64,000 bases of DNA from a candidate division FCPU426 bacterium (GCA_040756875.1 JBFLYH010000001.1:145317-209316); one strand, 5' to 3'; positions 27,828-37,930 are shown, counted from the stretch's first letter. Notes: generated from the sequence alone by a model not told the origin. Numbers and translations are program-made.

Positions 27828-29255
27828 ATGACGAGCCGCCGGCCGTTGCCCATCCTGGACGCGTCCCGAACCGGAGCCGAATCCGGCCCGGTTCGGGGCG
27901 TTTCCCCTGCCTTCACCCCCGCTCCGGGCAAACGGACCGCGGTTCTGGCTTTTGTCGTGCTCTCCGCCTGGCTGCTGACGGGGTGCGGCGGGGTGCGCGT
28001 GGCCAAACAAGTTGCGGCTGACGCGGCGGCGGGGAATTACGGCGCGGCGCTGCAATTGATGGAAAAAGAAAAACAGCAGTATTCCGGCCCCAATAACCTC
28101 CTGTATTACATGGATAAAGGCTCCCTCCTGCAACGCGTCGGCCAATACGGGGACAGCACCCAGGAACTGGAGGAGGCCGAGCGCCTGGTGGAGGAGTTGT
28201 ACGGCACGAGCGTCAGCGAAGCCGCGGCCTCCATGTTGGTCAATGACATGAGCCTTTCCTACACCGGCGAAGACTTCGAACAGGTTATGATCAACGCCCT
28301 GAAGGCGCTCAACTTCCTGTATATCAACGATCTGGAAGGCGCCGGCGTGGAGGCGCGGAAAGTCAACACCCTGCTGCTCAAACTGGCGGACAAATACGGC
28401 AACGACGCCGTTTACCAGCAGGATGCTTTTGCCCGCTACCTGGCCGCTTTCGCGTATGAGGCCGGCCGGGACTACAACAACGCCTACATTGATTATAAGA
28501 AAGCCTACGAAGGATTCCAGTGGTACGAGAAGCATTTCGGCATGCCCATGCCCGCGTTGATCAAGTCGGATCTGTTGAGGCTGTCCCACCGGCTGAGGTT
28601 CGACGACGAATACCAGCGGTGGCGGGGCGTATTCGGCCCGGATGTTCCGGAGCCGGGCTCCAGGCCTAGGAAACAGGGCGAAATCCTGCTGGTGGTTTAC
28701 GACGGGCTCATCCCGGCCAAGGAAACCCGGTACGTGGCCACGGAGATCACGGATCCGGACGGCCACCCTTATGCGCTCAAGGTGGCGTTCCCGATTTTCC
28801 GTCCCCGGCCCAACATAGTGGAGCGCGTGCGCGTGGGGCTGGAGGACGGCAGCACGGTTGACAGCGAATTGATGGAACCCCTGGACGCCATCGCCTACCA
28901 GAACCTCGAACAGCGCATCGGCCTGATTTCAGCCAAGGCGATCGCGCGGGCCACGGCCAAGTACATCGCCTCCTTCCAGGCCCGCAAAGCCGCGCGGGCC
29001 GGGAGCGAAGGCGCCGGCATGCTGGTGGGCTTGGCGGCCAATGTCTTCACCTGGGCCACGGAACAGGCGGACACCCGTTCCTGGCGCACGTTGCCAAACC
29101 GTTTCCACGTGTTGCGCCTGCCGTTGCCGGCCGGCGAACACCAGCTGGAAGTCCGCTTGAAAACCATTTATGGCGACGTCCGCGCTCTGCCGCCTTTGAC
29201 GGTGAAATTGAAAAAGGGCGAAAAAAAAGTCATCCCGCTCTACGTTCCGCGCTGA
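27828..29255 (+). CDS. Hypothetical lipoprotein with TPR-like/helical repeats (COG3014-like, commonly adjacent to LpoB-like genes)
   Basis: The lipobox is 'LLTGC'. The product is a 475-aa helical-repeat protein. The call rests on gene neighbourhood with the LpoB-like gene. The start codon is uncertain. Confidence 0.35.
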   Translation: MTSRRPLPILDASRTGAESGPVRGVSPAFTPAPGKRTAVLAFVVLSAWLLTGCGGVRVAKQVAADAAAGNYGAALQLMEKEKQQYSGPNNLLYYMDKGSLLQRVGQYGDSTQELEEAERLVEELYGTSVSEAAASMLVNDMSLSYTGEDFEQVMINALKALNFLYINDLEGAGVEARKVNTLLLKLADKYGNDAVYQQDAFARYLAAFAYEAGRDYNNAYIDYKKAYEGFQWYEKHFGMPMPALIKSDLLRLSHRLRFDDEYQRWRGVFGPDVPEPGSRPRKQGEILLVVYDGLIPAKETRYVATEITDPDGHPYALKVAFPIFRPRPNIVERVRVGLEDGSTVDSELMEPLDAIAYQNLEQRIGLISAKAIARATAKYIASFQARKAARAGSEGAGMLVGLAANVFTWATEQADTRSWRTLPNRFHVLRLPLPAGEHQLEVRLKTIYGDVRALPPLTVKLKKGEKKVIPLYVPR

Positions 29256-29353
29256 TAACCGAAACCCCGGCGGAAAAACGGGGTCAAAAGAGATGTAGCA
29301 TACCGGTCCGTTTGCATGCAGGGAACGGGCGGCACTTGAAAGGAGCAATAGCC

Positions 29354-30229
29354 TTGTCGCGCACGGCCTTGGAAATTCCCGGATTGAAACTCGTCAAACA
29401 AGGAAAGGTGAGGGATATTTACGACGCGGGGGAGGATTTGCTGCTGGTGGCCTCGGACCGCGTCTCCGCTTTCGATGTGGTCTTGCCCACGCTGATCCCG
29501 GGCAAGGGCGAGGTCCTGACGCAGTTGTCCTGTTTCTGGTTCGACCGCTTTTCCGGTCTGGTGCCCAACCACCTTTCGCCCCGTCCGCTCTCCGAACTGA
29601 TCAAGGACGCCTCGGTTTATCAGGCTTTGGAACGCCGGACGATGCGCGTGAAAAAAGCCCAGCCGCTCGGGGTCGAGGCCATTGTCCGGGGGTATCTCTC
29701 CGGTTCCGGGTGGCAGGAGTATAAAAAGTCGGGAACTGTATGCGGCGTGAAGCTGCCGCAGGGATTGCGGGAATCCGATCCTCTGCCCGAACCAATTTTC
29801 ACGCCTTCCACCAAGGCGGAGATCGGCCTGCACGACGAGAACATCTCTTTTGAAAAAGCCGCGGACATCGTCGGCCGGTCCGTGGCGGAACAAGTCCGCG
29901 ATCTCAGCCTGCGCATTTACCGCGCAGCCGCGGAATACGCCCGGACGCGGAACATCATCATCGCAGACACCAAATTCGAGTTCGGACTCATCGGCGGCAC
30001 CCTGGTGCTCATCGATGAAGTCCTCACCCCTGATTCCTCGCGTTTCTGGCCGCTGGCCCAATACCAACCCGGCCAGGGGCAGCCTTCGCTGGACAAGCAA
30101 TACGTCCGGGACTGGCTGTTGGCCTCAGGCTGGGACAAAACGCCTCCCGGCCCCGAACTGCCCGAAACGGTCGTGCGCAATACCGCGCAGAAATATAATG
30201 AAATTCTTCAAATACTGACCAGGATTTGA
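29354..30229 (+). CDS. purC: Phosphoribosylaminoimidazole-succinocarboxamide synthase (SAICAR synthetase)
   Basis: 'GKVRDIYDAGEDLLLVASDRVSAFDVVLP' is present. The likely start is the TTG at 29354, which has an AGGAG RBS. The ORF-track ATG at 29312 lacks an RBS. Confidence 0.8.
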   Translation: MSRTALEIPGLKLVKQGKVRDIYDAGEDLLLVASDRVSAFDVVLPTLIPGKGEVLTQLSCFWFDRFSGLVPNHLSPRPLSELIKDASVYQALERRTMRVKKAQPLGVEAIVRGYLSGSGWQEYKKSGTVCGVKLPQGLRESDPLPEPIFTPSTKAEIGLHDENISFEKAADIVGRSVAEQVRDLSLRIYRAAAEYARTRNIIIADTKFEFGLIGGTLVLIDEVLTPDSSRFWPLAQYQPGQGQPSLDKQYVRDWLLASGWDKTPPGPELPETVVRNTAQKYNEILQILTRI

Positions 30230-30266
30230 GGGGAATAAACAGCCTGGCAAGGGAGGGCAAGTCGTC

Positions 30267-31058
30267 ATGCGCAAACGTTGGATTTCGTACCTGGTGGTGG
30301 CAGTCGCGGCGGGGATGGCTTTCACCGTTTGGGCCAAACCCCGGATTTACAAATGGGTGAAGGACAAACGGGTCTCCTCGGAACTGGTGCTGCAGCGGTC
30401 GCAGTTCCAGCGGGTGGTGCCGGTGACCGAAGGCCAAACCCAGGAATTGGTCAAACAGGTCATGACCGATGATCTCTACCTGGCCCTGGCCCAATACCAC
30501 ACCACCAAGCACCAGCAGGACGCGGAGACCACGGTGGACTCAGCGCTGCCTGAAGAGGTGGTCAAGCAGGCCACTGTCGATCTGATCGATGAGGACTACC
30601 GTTTCGTGCTGGAAGTCCAGTTGAAAAAATTCGGCAGCCGCACGCGCGTGACCGCCAAAGCCTGGCCGGTTTACCGCCTTCGGGACCTAGAAGCCGAGGA
30701 CGCCAGGGACGAAGACAACACGGCTGGCAACAGCATCGAGGTGAAAGTCCGGGCCGACCAGGGCAACGCGGTGGCTTTGGGGCCCATGGTGATTGCGCCG
30801 ATCCTGGGCATCCCGGGCGATTATGGCATCACCCCACTGCCCGACGGAGCGGAGCGGGCCGCGGAACTGGTCCGCTCGTTCATGTACCTGCTGGACAGGC
30901 GGGTTTCGCAGGCCCGTCCCCGCGTCAGCCAGCCGGTGCAGCCGGTGTCGGCAGGGGAAGCGGACCAGGCGCAAGGCGATTCGGCTCCTGCGACGCAGAT
31001 CGGATCGGAATCGGCCGGTTCTGGCACGGAAGTGGATATCAAAATGCAGAGCCGATAA
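30267..31058 (+). CDS. Hypothetical membrane-anchored/secreted protein
   Basis: It has an N-terminal hydrophobic anchor and no recognisable family. A terminator follows it. Confidence 0.4.
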   Translation: MRKRWISYLVVAVAAGMAFTVWAKPRIYKWVKDKRVSSELVLQRSQFQRVVPVTEGQTQELVKQVMTDDLYLALAQYHTTKHQQDAETTVDSALPEEVVKQATVDLIDEDYRFVLEVQLKKFGSRTRVTAKAWPVYRLRDLEAEDARDEDNTAGNSIEVKVRADQGNAVALGPMVIAPILGIPGDYGITPLPDGAERAAELVRSFMYLLDRRVSQARPRVSQPVQPVSAGEADQAQGDSAPATQIGSESAGSGTEVDIKMQSR

Positions 31059-31071
31059 AGACGGCAGGAAA

Positions 31072-31114
31072 TAAAAAACCGGAGGCCGGTGAACCGGCCT
31101 CCGGTTTTTTATTT
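31072..31114. terminator. Bidirectional rho-independent terminator (A6-CCGGAGGCCGGT-gaa-CCGGCCTCCGG-T7)
   Basis: The hairpin is flanked by an A-run and a T-run. It serves the convergent genes at 30267 and glnK. Confidence 0.65.
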
Positions 31115-31123
31115 TCCAGAACC

Positions 31124-31465
31124 TCAGCCGATGGCGGCCTTGCCTTTCTCCCGCGTGCGGATCCGGTAGCATTCCAGAAGATCCAGCACGAAGATCTTGC
31201 CGTCGCCGATGGTGTCCGTGCCCGCTGCGTCCATGATAGTGTCAATGGTGGTCTTTAGAAAGTCGTCATTGACCGCGATCTCCAGGCGGACTTTTTTCAG
31301 CAGGTTGACGCTCATTTTAACGCCGCGGTAGCTTTCCTCGTAGCCCATTTGCTGGCCGCATCCCAGGGCGTTGGTGACCGACATTTTACCGACGCCGGCG
31401 GCCGCCAAGGCGTCCTTTACTTCCGTTAAACGGTGCGGTTGGATGTACGCAATGACCAGTTTCAT
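31124..31465 (-). CDS. glnK: Nitrogen regulatory protein P-II (GlnK)
   Basis: '[20 protein letters not shown]...' carries a T-loop region with 'YRG', the site of uridylylation in canonical P-II. It lies immediately downstream of amtB. Confidence 0.85.
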   Translation of the reverse strand: MKLVIAYIQPHRLTEVKDALAAAGVGKMSVTNALGCGQQMGYEESYRGVKMSVNLLKKVRLEIAVNDDFLKTTIDTIMDAAGTDTIGDGKIFVLDLLECYRIRTREKGKAAIG

Positions 31466-31478
31466 CGTCGTGTTCCTC

Positions 31479-32903
31479 CTATTCAGTACTGAAAATCTGG
31501 AAGCCGGCGTAGGATTCCGCGCCGTGCTCCGTGATGTCCAGGCCCCGCAGTTCCTCTTCCTTGCTGACCCGCAGACCGATGGTGGCCTTGAGGATGCCGA
31601 AGAGCACCAGTCCGCAAGCCAGCGTCCACCCCAGGACCGAAGCGACGCCGATGAACTGGGTCTTCAGCAGTGCCAGGCCGCCGCCGTCCAGCAATCCCGA
31701 GACGCCGCCGAAATCCTTGGCTGCGAAAACCCCGACCATCAGGGTGCCGAACATGCCGCACACGCCGTGCACGCTGATGGCGCCGACCGGATCATCAATG
31801 CGCAGGACCTTGTCAATGAATTCCACCGAGAACACCACTAGCATGCCGGCCAGGAATCCAATCATCACCGCCCCGCCGGGCGAAACGTTATTGCAACCCG
31901 CGGTGATGGCAACCAGGCCGGCCAGCGCGCCGTTGAGGGTCATGGAGGTGTCGGGTTTTCCGTTCTTGAACCAAACGGTGAACATGGCGCCCAGGGTCCC
32001 GGCTGCAGCCGCCAGGTTGGTCGTGACCGCGATCAGCCCCGTATTCATGGTAGCGGCCGTGGTGCTGCCCGGGTTGAACCCGAACCATCCGAACCAGAGG
32101 ATGAAGACGCCCAGGGCGGCCAACGGAATGTTGTGGCCCATGATGGCTTTGGATTCGCCCTTGGGCCCGTATTTGCCCAAGCGGGGTCCGAGCAGCACAG
32201 CGCCGGTCAGCGCCATCCAGCCGCCGACCGAATGCACCACCGTAGATCCGGCAAAGTCGATCATGGGCGTAGAGAGCTTGCTCAGCCAGCCTCCCCCCCA
32301 AATCCAGTGGCCGACCACCGGATAAATCACCAAGCTGATGACCGCGCTGTAGACGAGATAAGTAGTGAACTTGGTCCTCTCGGCCATGGCGCCGGAAACG
32401 ATCGTGGCGGCCGTGGCGGCAAATACGACTTGGAACATCCAGAAGGCATATTGCCACAGGCCGTCTTTGCCCGCGGTGTTGCCCGAGGAGAGAAACCAGC
32501 CGCTGGTGCCGAAAAGCCCCAGCTTGTCCGCGCCGAACATGATACCGTAGCCGATGGCGAAGAAAGCCAGGGACCCGATGGCGAAATCCAGGAGGTTCTT
32601 CATCATGATGTTGCCTGCGTTTTTAGCGCGGGTCAGTCCTCCTTCCACCATGGCAAATCCGGCTTGCATGAAGAAGACCAGGAAGGCAGCGACCAGAATC
32701 CAGACCCAGTTTGCCGAATCCTGGGCCGTGGCGGCCGCGGTTGAGGCCGAGTCGATTTTGGCGGCCAGCTCATCCATCGGCGCAACGACCGCCGGAGCCG
32801 CAGAGGAGACGACTTCCTCCGCCCAGACCGGCCCTGCGGCCATCAAACCGGTCAGGAGCATTGTGAAGATGAGAAGTTTCTTGGGGAACGACATGACATT
32901 CAC
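31479..32903 (-). CDS. amtB: Ammonium transporter
   Basis: This is an Amt-family protein with a signal peptide and 11 TM helices ('[30 protein letters not shown]'). Confidence 0.85.
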   Translation of the reverse strand: MNVMSFPKKLLIFTMLLTGLMAAGPVWAEEVVSSAAPAVVAPMDELAAKIDSASTAAATAQDSANWVWILVAAFLVFFMQAGFAMVEGGLTRAKNAGNIMMKNLLDFAIGSLAFFAIGYGIMFGADKLGLFGTSGWFLSSGNTAGKDGLWQYAFWMFQVVFAATAATIVSGAMAERTKFTTYLVYSAVISLVIYPVVGHWIWGGGWLSKLSTPMIDFAGSTVVHSVGGWMALTGAVLLGPRLGKYGPKGESKAIMGHNIPLAALGVFILWFGWFGFNPGSTTAATMNTGLIAVTTNLAAAAGTLGAMFTVWFKNGKPDTSMTLNGALAGLVAITAGCNNVSPGGAVMIGFLAGMLVVFSVEFIDKVLRIDDPVGAISVHGVCGMFGTLMVGVFAAKDFGGVSGLLDGGGLALLKTQFIGVASVLGWTLACGLVLFGILKATIGLRVSKEEELRGLDITEHGAESYAGFQIFSTE

Positions 32904-32913
32904 CTCCGTCGAG

Positions 32914-33669
32914 TTAGAAGCTGAAGCTGGCTTTTAAAACCGCAACTACGTAGCTGGTTTCGTCGCGTGCTGTTTGAATCTCCGAATCCAGCAAAGCAAT
33001 ATAGGAGACGCTGGGCGTGAGCGTGACCGGATCCAGGCCCAACGGCAGAGCCAGCGTGGCCACCAGGTCCACGGGCGCCGCTTTGTCCAACCCGAAGTAA
33101 AAGCGGTTGTAGGAGCCGCTCCCATAGCCGGCGGTCAGGCCCAGGTCCACGCTTTTCAAAGGCGCCAATTCGAGCCCGAAGCTATGGGCCAAGGCGAGCA
33201 GGAAATACGATCCCTTGACTTCGTCCACATCGCTGTACACCGTGAGGCTGGGTTTGGCCGGAACGTCGGCGGCCACGCCCAGGAACAACTCGTGGGTGGT
33301 TGAACCGATGCCCGGGAAGACGTAGGAAATGACGCCACCCGTGACTGAGAGCGGTCCGAAACCATAGCTTTCACTGAGGGTCAGATCGAGTTCCGTGAAT
33401 TCGCCGGAACGGTTGCCGTAGCCTGCTTCTTCGCCGTATCCGGTGAGGTCCATATTGCCCCACAGATTGAAACTCAACCCGTAGGGCATGGGCACTGTCA
33501 GGGACGGTTGCAGGACGGCTTCCTTGTTGGCTTCGATCCCGCGCCAAACATACTTGCTGACAACCGGTACATCCAAAGCAACATCGGCCGCGGCAGCGGC
33601 GGTGGCCAAGGCAGAGGCCAACGCCCCGGCAACCAGCATGACGGTCACTCCTGAAAGTTTTCGGTACAT
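32914..33669 (-). CDS. Outer-membrane porin-like beta-barrel protein, first gene of the amtB-glnK operon
   Basis: It has a signal peptide 'AAAAADVALD', alternating beta-strands and a C-terminal 'ASFSF'. The start is at 33669, with an AGGAGG RBS. The ORF-track extension up to 33747 covers the promoter. Confidence 0.5.
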   Translation of the reverse strand: MYRKLSGVTVMLVAGALASALATAAAAADVALDVPVVSKYVWRGIEANKEAVLQPSLTVPMPYGLSFNLWGNMDLTGYGEEAGYGNRSGEFTELDLTLSESYGFGPLSVTGGVISYVFPGIGSTTHELFLGVAADVPAKPSLTVYSDVDEVKGSYFLLALAHSFGLELAPLKSVDLGLTAGYGSGSYNRFYFGLDKAAPVDLVATLALPLGLDPVTLTPSVSYIALLDSEIQTARDETSYVVAVLKASFSF

Positions 33670-33729
33670 GATGAACACCTCCTGTTTTATTGGGAAAGAC
33701 GCTTTCCCTTGATTTATAGGTAAAATCAA

Positions 33730-33747
33730 ATGCAGAAAGCGTGCCAA
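33730..33747 (-). promoter_or_regulatory. Sigma-54 (-24/-12) promoter: TTGGCACGCTTTCTGCAT (GG-N10-GC) on the minus strand, about 60 nt upstream of the porin start
   Basis: The reverse complement of 33730-33747 is TTGGCAC-GCTTT-CTGCAT, which matches TGGCAC-N5-TTGCW. This is expected for an NtrC-controlled amtB-glnK operon. Confidence 0.5.
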
Positions 33748-33878
33748 CGGTAAGAGAAGAGAAAATCCCTGTGTTTAAAGGAAAAACCGTCAGGAAAAGA
33801 AACGAGACAAATTACAAAAAGGATATTATAATAAAAATAATTACAATAAAGTAATTATATGTAAATAGTACGCAAGTG

Positions 33879-35096
33879 TTAGTCGAACTCGAAGTATAAC
33901 TGCCCGAAATCAATGCCCCCGATCATTTTTTTCACGCTCTGGTAATCGTATTTAATCCGTTTGCGCGCGTCGGAAAGTTCGTGGCTGGAACTGCCGTTGC
34001 TGATCGCTACATCGGCTTCCAGGAAGGCGGCCAGTTCGTCCGCGGCCCTGACCAGGTGGCCGTCGCGGGGGTTGAAACGATCATGGTTGTAGTGCTCGTT
34101 GATGTCGTCACAACTGATGCTTTCTCGGGTGCGGCCTTGATCTTCCACCAGATTCGAGAACTCGTGCTCGGTAAACAGACGCATCTCTGCGTGCCATTCC
34201 GGCGGGAGCAGGCTATAGACCTCTTTATGCATCAATTCTTTTTCGTATTCCTTGATCAGGTCACTGAGGCCTGCGACCGATTTCTTGACCGGGGAAATGA
34301 TGTCGCGGGTCAGAACTTCCGGCAGATCGTGGAACAGCCCCGTGAAGAAATTGTTGGAGCGGCGGCGCGGGCTCGCCTTGACCTGGAGGGAAAAGAGGTA
34401 AGCCAGGATTCCGACGAACAGCATGTGGCCCATGACCGACGTTTTGGGAATGCGGTGCAGGTTGGCCCAGCGGATTTGAAAACGGAGCTCTCCGCACAGG
34501 TTGATGAAGCGGGTCAGGAGCTTGTCCTTCTCCGGTTTGCCGGCCTCATGTTTCAGTGCCTGGATCCCCACCAGGTCTTGGTACCGCTCCTGCTTGGAGT
34601 GGAGGTCTGCGGCGATATCTTCGATGTCGTAACTCGTGGGGTTTGCCTTCTGAATGATGTCGAATTCCCACTTGGTGGCGAAGAAGTGGGCGGCGTTCAG
34701 GATCCTTCGGTTGATGTTTTCTTCGGGCTGCGCGAAATAAGCCTGGAAGCGGGAACAAAATTCCGGGCCCAGAGGCTTCAGCGTATTCTCGAGCACGCCG
34801 AAGACCCATTGGTTGAGAAGCCGGTATTTGGCGGCGTCGGCGCGGATGCGATGGAAAATCGGGGGCTTGATGTCCGTGACCACCATACGTTGCAGAAGCT
34901 CGAAGATACCTCCCTCGATGATTTCGATCCAGTCGAACCCCGCATCTTTTTCCTGGAGTTTGCCCAGAATATAGGCGATGACCATTTTGTGCGCCTGTTT
35001 GTCCAGTTCCACCAAATCCACGGGCCTGACTTTATCGTTCCACCGGAGCATATAGGCCGCGTCAAACAGCCGCAGCAGCAAATCTTTGGTCAACAT
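33879..35096 (-). CDS. HD-domain phosphohydrolase family protein with an N-terminal domain of unknown function
   Basis: The HD motifs are 'HMLFVGILAY', 'GLFHDLPEVLTRDI' and 'DGHLVRAADELAAFLEA'. Confidence 0.5.
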   Translation of the reverse strand: MLTKDLLLRLFDAAYMLRWNDKVRPVDLVELDKQAHKMVIAYILGKLQEKDAGFDWIEIIEGGIFELLQRMVVTDIKPPIFHRIRADAAKYRLLNQWVFGVLENTLKPLGPEFCSRFQAYFAQPEENINRRILNAAHFFATKWEFDIIQKANPTSYDIEDIAADLHSKQERYQDLVGIQALKHEAGKPEKDKLLTRFINLCGELRFQIRWANLHRIPKTSVMGHMLFVGILAYLFSLQVKASPRRRSNNFFTGLFHDLPEVLTRDIISPVKKSVAGLSDLIKEYEKELMHKEVYSLLPPEWHAEMRLFTEHEFSNLVEDQGRTRESISCDDINEHYNHDRFNPRDGHLVRAADELAAFLEADVAISNGSSSHELSDARKRIKYDYQSVKKMIGGIDFGQLYFEFD

Positions 35097-35248
35097 GTGA
35101 ACCTCCTTCGCCCGGGCGCGCTGGGCGGGTCTATCTTGGCAAAAGCGCCCGGCAGGTGCAATAGAAAAAGGGTTTTATTCCGGTGTCAAATCCCCGGGAA
35201 TGGAGGTAGAATATTTTTCCGGATGGATGAGGTCAGAGGAGGTTTGAC

Positions 35249-35848
35249 GTGGAAGCATATGCCAAACCGGGATCTGCCACGGGACGCACTTCGGCCTGGG
35301 GCGTGCAGCCGCTTATTCTTGACCGCTGGTCGCCTCGGGCGTTTCTCGACCGCCCGATTGCCGAGCGGGATCTGCTGGGGATTTTGGAGGCCGCGCATTG
35401 GGCGCCCTCCTGTTTCAACGAGCAACCCTGGCGGTTTATCGTGGCGAGGACGGAGAACGACCGCCGGCAACTCTCGGCCTGCCTGACACCGCAAAATCAG
35501 GTATGGGCAGGACGCGCGCCCGTGTTGTTGGTGGTCTTGTCCTCCCCGAATTTTACCGAAACCGGCAAGCCGAACCGCTGGCATGCCTTCGATGCGGGCA
35601 CGGCGTGGGGATATTTGGCCTTGGAGGCTTCAGCCCGCGGGTTGAACGCCCACGCCATGGGCGGATTCAGCCAGGATAAAATCAGAGCGCTCTACGGCGT
35701 GCCGGAAGGTTGGGGAATCCATGCGGTGGTGGCCGTGGGACACCACGGTCCCAAAGAATCGCTGCCTGAGGATTTGCGGGACCGGGAACTTCCCAGCGGA
35801 CGGAAGCCTCTGAATGAGTGCTGGGCCGAAGCCAAGTTTGCTTTTTAA
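35249..35848 (+). CDS. Nitroreductase-family oxidoreductase
   Basis: 'ILEAAHWAPSCFNEQPWRFIV'. The start is GTG, with an AGAGGAGG RBS. Confidence 0.7.
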   Translation: MEAYAKPGSATGRTSAWGVQPLILDRWSPRAFLDRPIAERDLLGILEAAHWAPSCFNEQPWRFIVARTENDRRQLSACLTPQNQVWAGRAPVLLVVLSSPNFTETGKPNRWHAFDAGTAWGYLALEASARGLNAHAMGGFSQDKIRALYGVPEGWGIHAVVAVGHHGPKESLPEDLRDRELPSGRKPLNECWAEAKFAF

Positions 35849-35904
35849 ATTACGGGTTGGGTGCTGGGACGGTCGCGAGGCCAATGCCGTGGGAACCCCC
35901 GACA

Positions 35905-36237
35905 TCAATCGGCGAGGGAATGCTCCAGGGCGGTTTGCAGTTTTTCCAGTTGATTAAGCCGGTCGGAAGGGATATACCCGTACATGGAGAGCACCATGAG
36001 CTCCCAGCGGGATTTGGCGAGCGTATGGCGGCAGCGCGTACGATACAGACGGCCGTCGGAAGGACGGGAGCAACGCAGCCAACGGCGGTAATAGCGGATG
36101 ACGCGGCTGATGAGTTGGAGCCATTCGCTGGTATATTCACGGGGTAGGGTACAGGCCGTGGCGCTGCATTGCTGCCACCAACGCTGGAGCAGGTGATCGG
36201 AAACGAACGGCGCGGAAACAGGCAGCATGGAACCCCC
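35905..36237 (-). CDS. Orphan hypothetical ORF of about 110 aa, no recognisable family; coding status uncertain
   Basis: The ORF is open, with an internal Met start 'MLPVSAPF...'. I found no family match, and flanking repeats are absent. Confidence 0.2.
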   Translation of the reverse strand, partial: GGSMLPVSAPFVSDHLLQRWWQQCSATACTLPREYTSEWLQLISRVIRYYRRWLRCSRPSDGRLYRTRCRHTLAKSRWELMVLSMYGYIPSDRLNQLEKLQTALEHSLAD

Positions 36238-36422
36238 CGGAGATCGGCGGCCGGTCATCCTCCACGTTTCTCGAGAACAACAGGCCGGGTGATGGTGCGC
36301 CTGCCAAAGCACGCTGTAAAGGTGTGGCGGCGAGGCGAAGGCATGACGGTAGGTCGCGTCACTATAACTATCGGCCCATCAAGCGATCGGGTTAAGTGTA
36401 AAAAGAAATAAAGGAGGAAAAG

Positions 36423-36929
36423 ATGACCACACAGCGCGTTTGGCGCGGGGCGATGGCCCTGGCGATACTGGGAATGGTGTCGGGGGGAACCACGGTTGCC
36501 TGGGGGGGCTCGCAAGGGGGATTGAGCCTGTATGTGGAGGCGCAAAAAGGGTATCAGACCATGGCGCCTGTCACTAAAAGCGCAGAGGAATGGAAAACCC
36601 AACTGACTCCGGAGCAATTCCGGTTGATGCGGCAAGGCGGCACTGAATCGCCATTCAGCGGAGCGTTTTGGAACAACCATGCCTCGGGCATTTACCACTG
36701 CGCCGGATGCGGAACGGATCTATTCAGTTCGAATGCGAAGTTTGACGCCGGTAACGGTTGGCCCAATTTTTGGCAGCCGATTTCCGGTGCCAACCTGAAA
36801 ATCAATGGCAACGAGATTCTGTGCGGGCGGTGCGGCGCTCATTTGGGCTTCATTTACAACGACGGTCCCAAACCCTCGGGACGACGATATACCGTGAATT
36901 CGGGCGGTCTTACCTTTACGGCGAAATAA
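36423..36929 (+). CDS. msrB: Peptide-methionine (R)-S-oxide reductase MsrB, secreted
   Basis: 'GTESPFSG...YHCAGCG...CGRCGAHLGFIYNDGP' is the SelR zinc ribbon plus the catalytic Cys. It has a signal peptide and an AAAGGAGG RBS. Confidence 0.85.
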   Translation: MTTQRVWRGAMALAILGMVSGGTTVAWGGSQGGLSLYVEAQKGYQTMAPVTKSAEEWKTQLTPEQFRLMRQGGTESPFSGAFWNNHASGIYHCAGCGTDLFSSNAKFDAGNGWPNFWQPISGANLKINGNEILCGRCGAHLGFIYNDGPKPSGRRYTVNSGGLTFTAK

Positions 36930-36970
36930 ACCGACGGATCCGGCTTGTTCACAGAGGGCGTCTTGTCCCT

Positions 36971-37321
36971 TCACCCGCCACTGACACGATAACCGCGCTG
37001 TTGCAGCCAGATTTTGATCGCAGTCTGATGATCGCCTTGCAACTCGAGGCGGTGTTCCTTGACAGTGCCACCGGTGCCGCAAAGCTGCTGTAATGCTTTA
37101 AGGAAGCGGCGCAATTCGTCGTCCGAAATTGCCAGGCGTTCCACCACCGTGACGGTTTTCCCAGCCCGGCCTTTTCTTTCCAAACGCAGCACTGCCTTGC
37201 CAGTGCCCGGCGCATGGCCCGGCATTTCCTTTTTAAAACGGCTAGGATCGTCGGAATAAACCAACCGGGCTTTTAAGTCATCCATTTTTCCCTCCGGAAG
37301 CAATTCGTCCTCTGGGTTCAT
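36971..37321 (-). CDS. yciH: SUI1/YciH-family translation initiation factor
   Basis: 'KGRAGKTVTVVERL...LKALQQLCGTGGTV' is the SUI1 fold. Confidence 0.75.
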   Translation of the reverse strand: MNPEDELLPEGKMDDLKARLVYSDDPSRFKKEMPGHAPGTGKAVLRLERKGRAGKTVTVVERLAISDDELRRFLKALQQLCGTGGTVKEHRLELQGDHQTAIKIWLQQRGYRVSGG

Positions 37322-37472
37322 CCTTGCAACGCAGAAAATCCCGGGCCCTTCGGCCGGGAGACCCCATTTTACCTTTTTCCAACGAGGGCGTTAAATTTTC
37401 ATTGACATTTTTATAAATATACATTACAAAAAGCATGATAATACTAATGAATTAAAAAGGCCAAATATATAT

Positions 37473-37919
37473 ATGAAAATTTCAACCAAAGGAAGATATG
37501 CTGTCAGAGCCATGGTAGAATTGGCGATAGCTGACAGTCCACGGCCAGTGTTATTGGCTTATATTGCCAAACGTCAGGAAATTCCCGAACGCTATCTGGT
37601 ACAGATTTTTGGGTCTCTGCGCCGGGCTGGTCTGGTGAGCAGTTATCGGGGAGCCAAAGGCGGATTTCAATTGTCCCGTGCGCCTGCGGAAATTACCTTG
37701 GCGGAAATCCTGGAGGCCTCAGAAGGGAAGCTGGAGTTGGTGGAGTGCCTGCGCGACGACGAGGACCGCTGCAACCGCCAGGGGGCATGTTCCACGCGCG
37801 CCATGTGGGCTGACATCAACGGGCAGGTTCGCGCGCTGCTTTCCAAAATCACTTTGGCGCGCATGGTCGAAATGCACCGGGCGGATCAAACCCGTCTGGG
37901 AGCAAGCTATTCCATTTAA
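37473..37919 (+). CDS. Rrf2-family transcriptional regulator (IscR/CymR-like), upstream of cysK
   Basis: '[18 protein letters not shown]' is present. Three Cys residues ([15 protein letters not shown]) suggest an Fe-S-binding Rrf2. An AT-rich operator/promoter region lies at 37380-37470. Confidence 0.75.
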   Translation: MKISTKGRYAVRAMVELAIADSPRPVLLAYIAKRQEIPERYLVQIFGSLRRAGLVSSYRGAKGGFQLSRAPAEITLAEILEASEGKLELVECLRDDEDRCNRQGACSTRAMWADINGQVRALLSKITLARMVEMHRADQTRLGASYSI

Positions 37920-37930
37920 GGAGAGACGGG

